Shown: one piece after another, positions 53,568 through 61,933 of the stretch | Numbering within the stretch: the stretch's first letter is position 1 | Layout: each line of letters starts with the position of its first letter | NCBI GenBank assembly: GCA_963682135.1 | Contig: OY821645.1 | Span: 2,944,001-3,008,000, forward strand | DNA: 64,000 bases | From: Methanothrix sp. | GTDB taxonomy: Archaea > Halobacteriota > Methanosarcinia > Methanotrichales > Methanotrichaceae | Reading direction: 5' to 3' | Program-made: the position numbers and the translations under genes | The notes under the pieces: model-generated | Databases searched by the model: none | The model's input: the letters and a program-made list of their open reading frames with translations, nothing else | What the model was told of the DNA's origin: nothing

Positions 53568-56500
53568 TTATCCCGTATGTGCGCCTTCCTTACCTGATTC
53601 CTTCTTAAGTCGTGCGAGACTATTTTGAACGATGCCCACGCTGTATTCATCCTTGAATTCTTTGAGGATCGCTAGCGCCTTCTGGTAGTAATCCTCGGCT
53701 TCGTCCCATTTTCGCTGCTCTTCGGCCACCCTGCCCAGTTGATGGTAGGTGCTGGCCTGGCTGTAGCGGTCGTTGAATTCTATCTTGATTCTCAGAGCCT
53801 TCTGGTAGTAATCCTCGGCCTCGTCCCATTTTCGCTGCTCTTCGGCCACATTGCCCAGTTGGTGGTAGGTGCTGGCCTGGCTGTAGCGGTCGTTGAATTC
53901 TATCTTGATTCTCAGAGCCTTCTGGTAGTAATCCTCGGCCTCATCCCATTTTCGCTGCTCCTGGGCCACCCTGCCCAGTTGGTGGTAGGTGCTGGCCTGG
54001 CTGTAGCGGTCGTTGAATTCTATCTCGATTCTCAGAGCCTTCTGGTAGTAATCCTCGGCTTCGTCCCATTTTCGCTGCTCCTGGGCAACCATGCCCAGTT
54101 GGTGGTAGACGCGAGCCTTATCGTAATTAGCGTTTAATTCAAAACATATTTTCAGAGCCTTCTGGTAGTAATCCTCGGCCTTGTCCCATTTTCGCTGCTC
54201 CTGGGCCACACTGCCCAGTTGGTGGTAGGTGCCAGCCTGCCCGTAGCGGTCGTTGAATTCGATATAGATTTTCAGAGCCTTCTGGTAGTAATCCTCGGCC
54301 TCGTCCCATTTTCGCTGCTCCTCGGCCACCCTGCCCAGTTGGTGGTAGGTGCCAGCCTGCTCGTAGCGGTCGTTGAATTCGATAAAGATTTTCAGAGCCT
54401 TCTGGTAGTAATCCTCGGCATCGTTCCATTTTCGCTGCGCTTGGGCAACCATGCCCAGTTGGTGGTAGACGCCCGCACATATTTTCTCTTGTTTCTCATC
54501 TATAATGTCTGAGTCATCATGCAGGAAATTGAGAATATCTTGATATAATTTCTGGGAGCTGGTATAATCTTTGAGCATTAGATGTCTCAATGCAGCATTA
54601 TCCATAATAGCGATAAATTCGAGTCTAAGACTATCATTCTTGGCAAGACCCGAATATCCCTTAATCTTCTCGATAACCTTTTGGCCCATCTTAAGGCCGA
54701 GCGAATGGTTCTGATGAATGTCATAGTATTGGGATAGAGCCGTGTAGATGGATAAAACAGGAGCCTTGGCCTTGAGAGCCATATCCAGAGCCATGGACAG
54801 ATTCTCAAACTCCAGCTCCATTAATATCTGTCCCGTTTTTTTCTCTTTGGGATCATTCGATCTGTTGAGATGGCCAATGTTTTGAGCTATAAGATTGTAG
54901 AGTTTATAGAAGGCGATTTCCACGGAAGCCTTGAATTGTGCATCTTCTCTGTTCAGGCGGGTGGAAAGAAAATAGGGAAACGTAGGCTGCAACCTCAAAA
55001 ATCCTTGAATCTCGTGCATAGTGGCCAGACCCCAGCGCCCGACCTGGCCCAAGACATCCTGCCAGCGATCAAAGGGAAGCGCTGAGAGAGTGGGCTGCTC
55101 CTTTAGAAAACTGGTGTACTCACCCAGAGTGTATGCGGGTAGAATGCTCGTAAAAGGAGCGAGGCAGAGTAGCAGCCTCTGATCCTCGGCTGAGAGATTG
55201 CTGTGGGAATAGTCGATGCATTTCAATATGCTCTTGGTCTTATCCTGAGTATCCTTCTGATCCAGCCCTTCTTTTCCCAGCCGCAGAGTCTCCATAACCT
55301 GGGCCGGGGTTTGAGACCGCAGATTGGAGAGGACCACCTGGATAGCCAGAGGATAGCCACTCAGGATCTTCATCAGCCGGGAAAGCTCATCGCTTCGCAT
55401 ATATTCCTCTCTGATATCTGGATCGGAAATATTTCTCTCCAGGACTCTCTGGGCCAGATCCGAGGCTGCCTCGGGGTCCAGGCCCTCCAGCTCATAAAGA
55501 TCGCTGGAGTGCAGCGGCCCGTCATGACCGTCCATCAGCCAGTCCTCGCCTCCTCTGGTTCCAAATAGTACCAGGCTCCTGCCTCCTGCCAGCTCCTTCA
55601 AAAAACTGCAAAGCTCCTGGCGCTCTTCTTCCGAGAGCGTATTCTTGATGGCCAGGCCTTCGCCCGTAACCGACTCAAGATTGTCCAGAATCAGGAGGTG
55701 CCTCTGCTTCTGGCTCTGCAGGCCGGAAGCAACTTTTTGAATCTGAGCAGCTATTGGCATGGCCTGAAAGCTCAGTAGCTCAAAGCTCGGCCTTCCCGAT
55801 GCTTCAACCTTCGGCCCGTAGAGCTTCTGGGCAAGGGTCTGCAAGATCTCCTCTAACTTCCAGGCTTTCTCATCATAGCCGAAATAGGAGACTTCGCCCG
55901 CCAGTCCGGTGGTCTGCCACCATCGAGCCAGATGCCTGAGCAAAGCGGTCTTGCCTGATCCTCCCATGCCTTTGATAAGCAGAAGATTTCGTTCTGATCC
56001 CTCCCTTGGCAAGAGCAGCTTTCTCTCGATTCTCAATACATCAAGGTCTCTGCCTACGAAACCATAGACCGTTTCCGCCTCTCTGCAAACATTAGCTCTC
56101 TGGCAATTGAAGTCATACTCCTCCTGAGGTGTAAAGGAGCGACGGTCTAAGGGATTCTCGCCCATTATTCCTTGCTGATAAACAACAGGCAGCATCCAGT
56201 CCTCCAGGTCGATGCTCTGATTATAGTGAGCCCTGCGGCCTTTATCGGCAGATAGGGCGAATCTGGCCTTTTGCAGGGCAGAGTTTAGGTCATTTCCTTC
56301 CATGATCCGCTGGTAGAGGGCGGACATCATGATCCGGGCAGCACTGACGGTAACTGAATAGCTCATGCCCAGAGCAACCTTCACTCCAGCCTGGAGGAGC
56401 TGGCTAGCCATGACTGTCTCTACGCCCCCTACCTGTTTGCCGGATTGGCATGCATTGATAATAGCCACTGGTATGGAATAATGCTGGAATATCCTGTCTG

Positions 56501-57341
56501 CCAGCTCCTGAGCAGAAGTGGGTTCTGGAAGCTCCTTCTTCTCCGACTCGAAGAAGATGAAGGCTCTATGGCCGGGGAACTCAGAGATGTCCACTCGCCC
56601 CCAGCGGGCCTGGAAGAGGAGTCTGTCTGCTTCGCGCGCTTTCTGGAGGTCTTGATAGGTCAGGACGGCGCCATGCAGATCGAAATGAAGGACATGATAA
56701 TAGCCAGGGCCTTTACGATCCAGGTGCTCTGCCAGGGCCCTGAATGTTCCTGGCCGGACCAGGTCGATGCTGACCGGGATTCCTGATTTTTGCATTGATT
56801 CCACGAGTGGTCGGGAGATGGTTCGATAACTGATATCTTCTCCTTCCTTTGGCCTGGAAGTGATCAGCAGGATGTTGAGGGTCGGTGATGGTTTTGTACT
56901 GGCGGCAAATGATGAAGCCTTAAATGTTCTCCTGATCATGGCCGATCGAACGGAGAATGGATCGGAAAGTTTTGGATCTTTGAGGGCCTCCCAATGAAGG
57001 CTATGAATATTTTCCGGTGAGCCTATGATCTCAAAGGCCAGATGTTGCAAGCCGGATTGCGTTGCCTGTTTGTAGCTGGTGTAGAGATCAATGTCGGAAA
57101 AGAGCTGTGCAAAAAGAGCTTCGCCATAATCCTGGATACTTTTTGCGGCCTGCAAAGCTCTCTTCTGGCCGGTAAACGGAAATCTTAGATGCTCCTCGAA
57201 GTACCATACCAGTTCCTTTTCTTGAGCATCGCTGAATGGACTCTTTACTGCGGTTTTGAATTCGCCCCGGCCATCTATGCTCAGGACAACGTTGGGCTCA
57301 TCATTTAAAGCCGCAATCTCGCGAATGGTTATCAAGGGCAT
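53568..57341 (-). CDS. CHAT (caspase-like) protease - STAND/NB-ARC-like NTPase - TPR protein
   Basis: CHAT LHWE, His VLHFDLHG, Cys INACQSG, DW..PVVY; Walker A GMGGSGKT, Walker B LLILDNLE, GYPLA; C-terminal TPRs. Likely start MPLIT at 57341. Confidence 0.9.
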   Translation of the reverse strand: MPLITIREIAALNDEPNVVLSIDGRGEFKTAVKSPFSDAQEKELVWYFEEHLRFPFTGQKRALQAAKSIQDYGEALFAQLFSDIDLYTSYKQATQSGLQHLAFEIIGSPENIHSLHWEALKDPKLSDPFSVRSAMIRRTFKASSFAASTKPSPTLNILLITSRPKEGEDISYRTISRPLVESMQKSGIPVSIDLVRPGTFRALAEHLDRKGPGYYHVLHFDLHGAVLTYQDLQKAREADRLLFQARWGRVDISEFPGHRAFIFFESEKKELPEPTSAQELADRIFQHYSIPVAIINACQSGKQVGGVETVMASQLLQAGVKVALGMSYSVTVSAARIMMSALYQRIMEGNDLNSALQKARFALSADKGRRAHYNQSIDLEDWMLPVVYQQGIMGENPLDRRSFTPQEEYDFNCQRANVCREAETVYGFVGRDLDVLRIERKLLLPREGSERNLLLIKGMGGSGKTALLRHLARWWQTTGLAGEVSYFGYDEKAWKLEEILQTLAQKLYGPKVEASGRPSFELLSFQAMPIAAQIQKVASGLQSQKQRHLLILDNLESVTGEGLAIKNTLSEEERQELCSFLKELAGGRSLVLFGTRGGEDWLMDGHDGPLHSSDLYELEGLDPEAASDLAQRVLERNISDPDIREEYMRSDELSRLMKILSGYPLAIQVVLSNLRSQTPAQVMETLRLGKEGLDQKDTQDKTKSILKCIDYSHSNLSAEDQRLLLCLAPFTSILPAYTLGEYTSFLKEQPTLSALPFDRWQDVLGQVGRWGLATMHEIQGFLRLQPTFPYFLSTRLNREDAQFKASVEIAFYKLYNLIAQNIGHLNRSNDPKEKKTGQILMELEFENLSMALDMALKAKAPVLSIYTALSQYYDIHQNHSLGLKMGQKVIEKIKGYSGLAKNDSLRLEFIAIMDNAALRHLMLKDYTSSQKLYQDILNFLHDDSDIIDEKQEKICAGVYHQLGMVAQAQRKWNDAEDYYQKALKIFIEFNDRYEQAGTYHQLGRVAEEQRKWDEAEDYYQKALKIYIEFNDRYGQAGTYHQLGSVAQEQRKWDKAEDYYQKALKICFELNANYDKARVYHQLGMVAQEQRKWDEAEDYYQKALRIEIEFNDRYSQASTYHQLGRVAQEQRKWDEAEDYYQKALRIKIEFNDRYSQASTYHQLGNVAEEQRKWDEAEDYYQKALRIKIEFNDRYSQASTYHQLGRVAEEQRKWDEAEDYYQKALAILKEFKDEYSVGIVQNSLARLKKESGKEGAHTG
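53640..54477 (-). repeat. Seven near-identical 120-bp (40-aa) TPR repeats
   Basis: YHQLG.VA..QRKW..AEDYYQKAL repeated 7 times with 120-nt periodicity. Confidence 0.95.
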
Positions 57342-57348
57342 CGAAATT

Positions 57349-57681
57349 CTACTCCTGATCAGGAGTGACAACTATTATTTGCCCTTCATAATTATTAATT
57401 ATATTGATTGAGATATTGCCTGGTTTTTCAGGGGCTTGCTTCTCGAAAATCGATTTTATTTTATCTTTGATTAAATCCTTTATGAGATCGAGAGCTATAG
57501 CTCCAGCCACTGTCTGGAGGAGTATGAGCGCTTGATCCGGCGACATGCTAAAGGCATCTTTAGAGTATTTGATCTCTTCAGCCTTGCCTGCGTAAAGAGA
57601 TTTGGGATCCGAATTCCACATAGCAACGAAGTCATGCGAATTGATATTCAGATCTGGTGAAAGCGCTATCTTATATTCCAT
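57349..57681 (-). CDS. Small protein encoded 7 nt upstream of the CHAT-STAND-TPR gene
   Basis: 110 aa; central hydrophobic/amphipathic helix ALILLQTVAGAIALDLIKDLIKDKIK and beta-rich tail. Confidence 0.75.
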   Translation of the reverse strand: MEYKIALSPDLNINSHDFVAMWNSDPKSLYAGKAEEIKYSKDAFSMSPDQALILLQTVAGAIALDLIKDLIKDKIKSIFEKQAPEKPGNISINIINNYEGQIIVVTPDQE

Positions 57682-57779
57682 GAATAATCAGCTCAACAGA
57701 CGATGCGGAGAAAAAAACTTAAGGTTATCGCTCAAGCTCTTTGATATTTCCATTTGGTTTTGGAGGACGAAACTCGGTT

Positions 57780-57914
57780 CTATTTCTTTAATGCGGCAAT
57801 GAATTCTTTTCTCTCCAGCTTAGCCTGCTTCATAATCGAGATCAATGTGCCTTTCGCCAGCTCTCGGTGATTCGGCACGGTAACGACAAGATTTCTTTCT
57901 TCATAGTAGAGTAA
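57780..57914 (-). pseudogene. hicA: HicA toxin C-terminal remnant
   Basis: LLYYEERNLVVTVPNHRELAKGTLISIMKQAKLERKEF..*; the N-terminal half with GSH is missing and an in-frame TAA sits at 57915-57917. Confidence 0.8.
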
Positions 57915-59465
57915 TTAGGTATCCATTCAGACTCTAAACGCCCATGATCCTTAAGGCTCATACGTGGCGGATGAAAAACCTCTCATGCTTTGTTAGCTAT
58001 GTTTAGTCTGATATGGGCAGTGAAGGCAGTCACCCTTTTCGGACTATGATCCACTTCCCTAAACTAGCCAATAATCCCGCGAATACGGGGCTGCGTCATC
58101 GAACGCGTATGGGAAATTGCCCCTCTGTGAGGGATTTACCATCTGCCCATATCAGGATTGGGAACATATATGGGCAAACGAAAGAATAGAGTTTGCGGAG
58201 CCGATGTCCATAAAGATATCATAGTTGCCACGATCCAAGACTCTGATGATACCGAATTCCAGGAAAAGTTTGGCACTATCTCGATAGAGCTAGGGAGATT
58301 CAGGGACTGGCTCATCGCCCACAATTGCGAGCAGGTAGCCTTCGAAGCTACTGGAGTTTACTGGTTTCCCGTCTACGATGCTCTAAGTCCTTCTATTGAT
58401 ACCATTGTAGCGAATCCCTGGATGATAAAAGGTATCCCTAGGAATAAATCAGATACTCTTGACTCCAAGTGGATTGCAGGTAACTGCTTAGATGGCAAAA
58501 TTAAGAGGTCACGAGTTCTGCCCAAAAATGGTAGAGACCTGAGGACTTTGACCCGTGCCAGATCGGCATATACCAAGACTCGAACACAGCTAAGGAATAG
58601 AATTCACAAGTATCTGGCGCTTTGCGGGATTACGCTGAGTTCTTACATCTCAGATATCTTCGGGAAATCCGGCAGACATATCTTAGATGGCCTAATAGAA
58701 TCTGAGGATATAGATACGATCATGGACGGCATACCTTCTGGAAAAGTCAAGAAAAAGCGAGAGCCTATCAAAGCATCTCTTGGAAATGGTCTTGATGACG
58801 TTTCAAGAATGCTTATCAAGGATACTCTCGAACTCCTGGATCATCTGGATGAGAAGGTAAATGATACAAGCCTGGAAATACTTGGTAGACTTCAGGAAAG
58901 AGCCAGAGACCTGGCAATAGTCATGTCAGTTCCTGGAATTGGATTCGTATCTGCTTCGATTATTCTGGCAGAGATAGGAGACTATCATGATTTCCAAAAG
59001 TCTGAACAACTAGTAAAATGGTGTGGACTGGCTCCAGGACTAAACGAATCTGCGGGAAAGAAGAGCCCTTGCGGTATCACTAAACAGGGATCCAAGCATC
59101 TCAGAACTATACTTGTGGAGATTGCTCAAGTTGTGGCTAAAATGAGCAAGAACAATCTTTCAAGTTTTTTCCATAGATTGAGGGCTAGAAAGAATTACAA
59201 TGTAGCAATTACTGCTTTGGCCAGAAAATTAATCAGCATAATTTTCCATCTGTTGATTAACCAAGAGCTATATCAAGAAGACAACTGCACTACGGTTAAA
59301 ACAAAACCCATCAAGAAGGATCTCCTCCGCCTATCCAAAGAAGAGCAATTTAAGGATGGTGTAGCTGCAATCGTAGATGCCTTTTATTACTTCAAGAAAA
59401 AATCTTCGTTAGAAGGGGGTGGATAGAACCCCACAAATCCCTCAATTGGAGAAGGGTTTTTCATG
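57915..59465 (+). mobile_element. IS110-family element with ~250-bp non-coding left end (ends approximate)
   Basis: The left boundary coincides with the hicA truncation; the transposase gene is inside; no terminal inverted repeats seen. Confidence 0.7.
58170..59426 (+). CDS. IS110-family DEDD transposase/recombinase
   Basis: GADVHKD, FEATGVYW, KSDTLD (DEDD); SVPGIG, WCGLAP..NESAGK (Ser), ARKL. Confidence 0.95.
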   Translation: MGKRKNRVCGADVHKDIIVATIQDSDDTEFQEKFGTISIELGRFRDWLIAHNCEQVAFEATGVYWFPVYDALSPSIDTIVANPWMIKGIPRNKSDTLDSKWIAGNCLDGKIKRSRVLPKNGRDLRTLTRARSAYTKTRTQLRNRIHKYLALCGITLSSYISDIFGKSGRHILDGLIESEDIDTIMDGIPSGKVKKKREPIKASLGNGLDDVSRMLIKDTLELLDHLDEKVNDTSLEILGRLQERARDLAIVMSVPGIGFVSASIILAEIGDYHDFQKSEQLVKWCGLAPGLNESAGKKSPCGITKQGSKHLRTILVEIAQVVAKMSKNNLSSFFHRLRARKNYNVAITALARKLISIIFHLLINQELYQEDNCTTVKTKPIKKDLLRLSKEEQFKDGVAAIVDAFYYFKKKSSLEGGG

Positions 59466-59532
59466 GGAAAGGGATGGGGAATTCGTGACCCTCCGCACTC
59501 CCGTTGTATCAATTGCCGGGGATTGTGCGCCC

Positions 59533-61812
59533 TCAGGCGTACATCTCTCCGCGCTCCACTTCCCGTGAGGCTTTCTTGCGCAACTCCGCTGCCAATTTGG
59601 AATAGTACTTCATGGTGTCGGGGGTAACCGAGGGTCCGATCTCCTGCAAAGCCGCCAGGAAATGCTTCTGGCCGATCTTCTCTGCCGCCATATCCTCTCG
59701 CAAGGCCAGCCGCCCGGCTTTACGCACCACCGCAGCGATATCAGCTCCCGTGTACTGGTCAGTGAGGTCAATCAGCTCGTCGATATTGATGTCGTCCGCC
59801 AAAGGCGCTCTTTTCAGATGCACCTGGAAGATCTTCCTGCGGGACTCCTTGTCAGGCACAGGAGCTAAAATCAGTTCGTCAAAGCGTCCCGGTCGCAAGA
59901 GCGCCGGATCGATGATATCCGGCCGGTTGGTGGCCCCAATTACTACCACTCCTCTCAACTCCTCCAGGCCGTCCATCTCACTTAAGAGCTGGTTTACGAC
60001 TCGCTCCGTGACATGCGGCTCTCCTGCGCCTCCGCCGCCACGCATGGGCACCAGCGCATCCAGCTCATCCAGGAAGATGATGGACGGAGCCACTTGCCTT
60101 GCTTTTTTGAATATCTCTTCCACTCTCTTCTCGCTCTCTCCATACCACTTGGAGAGCAGCGCAGATCCTTTGACCGTGATGAAGTTGGCTTCGCTCTCAT
60201 TGGCCACCGCCTTGGCAAGCATGGTCTTGCCCGTTCCCGGAGGCCCGTAGAGCAGAATTCCCTTGGGCGCCTCAATCCCTAGGCGGCGAAAACTCTCGGC
60301 GTTTCTAAGCGGCCACTCCACCGCCTCCACAAGAAGCTGCTTGACTTCTTCCAGGCCGCCAATGTCCTCCCAACTGACACTCGGAACCTCAACTAAAATC
60401 TCCCTCATAGCCGAAGGAGAGACCTCTCGCATGGCTGCCTCAAAGTCGTCCTTTTGCACAATGAGCCGGTCCAGGATCTCTTTGGGAATGGTGGGCTCTT
60501 CCAGATCTATCTCCGGAAGAATGCGGCGCAGAGCATTCATGGCCGCCTCCCGGCCCACTGCCGAGATATCCGCGCCTACGAAACCGTAGGTTCTCTTGGC
60601 AAAGTCCTCCAAAACGACATCCTCGTGCAAAGGCATGCCGCGCGTGTGAATCTGAAAGATCTCCATGCGTCCTTCCATATCAGGAACGCCCAGCTCGATC
60701 TCCCGGTCGAACCTGCCCGGCCTGCGAAGGGCCATATCCAGCGCCTCGGGCCGGTTGGTGGAGCCGATTACTATTACGTTCTTTCTCTCTTTCAGGCCGT
60801 CCATGAGCGATAAGAGCTGAGCCACAACGCGCCTTTCCACCTCGCCGGTGACGTCGCCGCGCTTGGGTGCAATGGAGTCCAGCTCATCCAGGAAAATTAT
60901 GGCAGGGGTGTTCTTCTCCGCCTCTTCGAACAGATCTCGCAGCGCCTTCTCGCTCTCACCATAGTACTTGGACATTATCTCCGGGCCGTTGATGCTTATG
61001 AAGTAAGCGTCACTCTCATTGGCCACGGCTTTGGCGAGCATTGTCTTTCCTGTGCCGGGCGGGCCGTGCAGGAGAACGCCCTTGGGCGGATCAATTCCCA
61101 GGCGGTCAAAGAGCTCGGGATGTTTGAGGGGAAGCTCAATCATCTCCCTGACCTTGGTAATCACCGGCTTCAATCCGCCAACATCTTCGTAAACTACCGA
61201 GGGCACAGAACGCTGCGGCGTCTCTACAGCCTGAGGTAAAAGCTCAATGTCGGTTCCTTCTGTGATCTTGACAATTCCGCCCGGGCTGGTGGAGATCACT
61301 CTCAGCTTGATCTCGCCCAGGCCAAAAGCTTGAGCTCCTAAAAAGCCGCGGAATATCTCCTCAAACATGGTCTCTCGGCCCATGGAGTCGGTGGGCGGCT
61401 TTCGCACGCTGGTCGTAGAGATGATATCTCCTTTTGTCAGCGGCCGGCCATTGAAGACCTTGGTGAGGACGTCCCCGGGAGCAAAGATCTGCATCCCTTG
61501 CGTGACGGGGGCCAGGGTTACATGCTTGGCCTCATTCCAGACCGCCTTCTTGACCTCTGCATACTGGCCTATGCTCGTTCCGGCGTTGGACCTGATCAGA
61601 CCGTCCATCCTTATCATGTCAAGCCCCTGATCCTGGGAGTAGGCACTGACCGCCAGAGCTGCCGTTGACCTTGAACCTAACAGCTCAACTACATCTAAGG
61701 GACGTGCGCCTATTCTCTCCAGAAAATCCTCGCCAATCCTGACGATGCCTTTTCCTACATCGCCCTGATTGGCCTCGGAAACCTTCAGCCTGACGCTTTC
61801 TCCTTCAGTCAT
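59533..61812 (-). CDS. cdc48: CDC48/VAT AAA+ ATPase (second paralog)
   Basis: Two GPPGTGKT modules, N-domain, C-terminal HbYX-like MYA. Confidence 0.96.
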   Translation of the reverse strand: MTEGESVRLKVSEANQGDVGKGIVRIGEDFLERIGARPLDVVELLGSRSTAALAVSAYSQDQGLDMIRMDGLIRSNAGTSIGQYAEVKKAVWNEAKHVTLAPVTQGMQIFAPGDVLTKVFNGRPLTKGDIISTTSVRKPPTDSMGRETMFEEIFRGFLGAQAFGLGEIKLRVISTSPGGIVKITEGTDIELLPQAVETPQRSVPSVVYEDVGGLKPVITKVREMIELPLKHPELFDRLGIDPPKGVLLHGPPGTGKTMLAKAVANESDAYFISINGPEIMSKYYGESEKALRDLFEEAEKNTPAIIFLDELDSIAPKRGDVTGEVERRVVAQLLSLMDGLKERKNVIVIGSTNRPEALDMALRRPGRFDREIELGVPDMEGRMEIFQIHTRGMPLHEDVVLEDFAKRTYGFVGADISAVGREAAMNALRRILPEIDLEEPTIPKEILDRLIVQKDDFEAAMREVSPSAMREILVEVPSVSWEDIGGLEEVKQLLVEAVEWPLRNAESFRRLGIEAPKGILLYGPPGTGKTMLAKAVANESEANFITVKGSALLSKWYGESEKRVEEIFKKARQVAPSIIFLDELDALVPMRGGGGAGEPHVTERVVNQLLSEMDGLEELRGVVVIGATNRPDIIDPALLRPGRFDELILAPVPDKESRRKIFQVHLKRAPLADDINIDELIDLTDQYTGADIAAVVRKAGRLALREDMAAEKIGQKHFLAALQEIGPSVTPDTMKYYSKLAAELRKKASREVERGEMYA

Positions 61813-61933
61813 GCAATTACGAATATTGGCACCTATTTTTTAAGTAGTTTGCGATTTACTGCATTTTTGCATTATTCGAAGGATATATCTCCGAAGAGCG
61901 CTCACTACAGCTCGCTAGGGAGCTGACACTATC

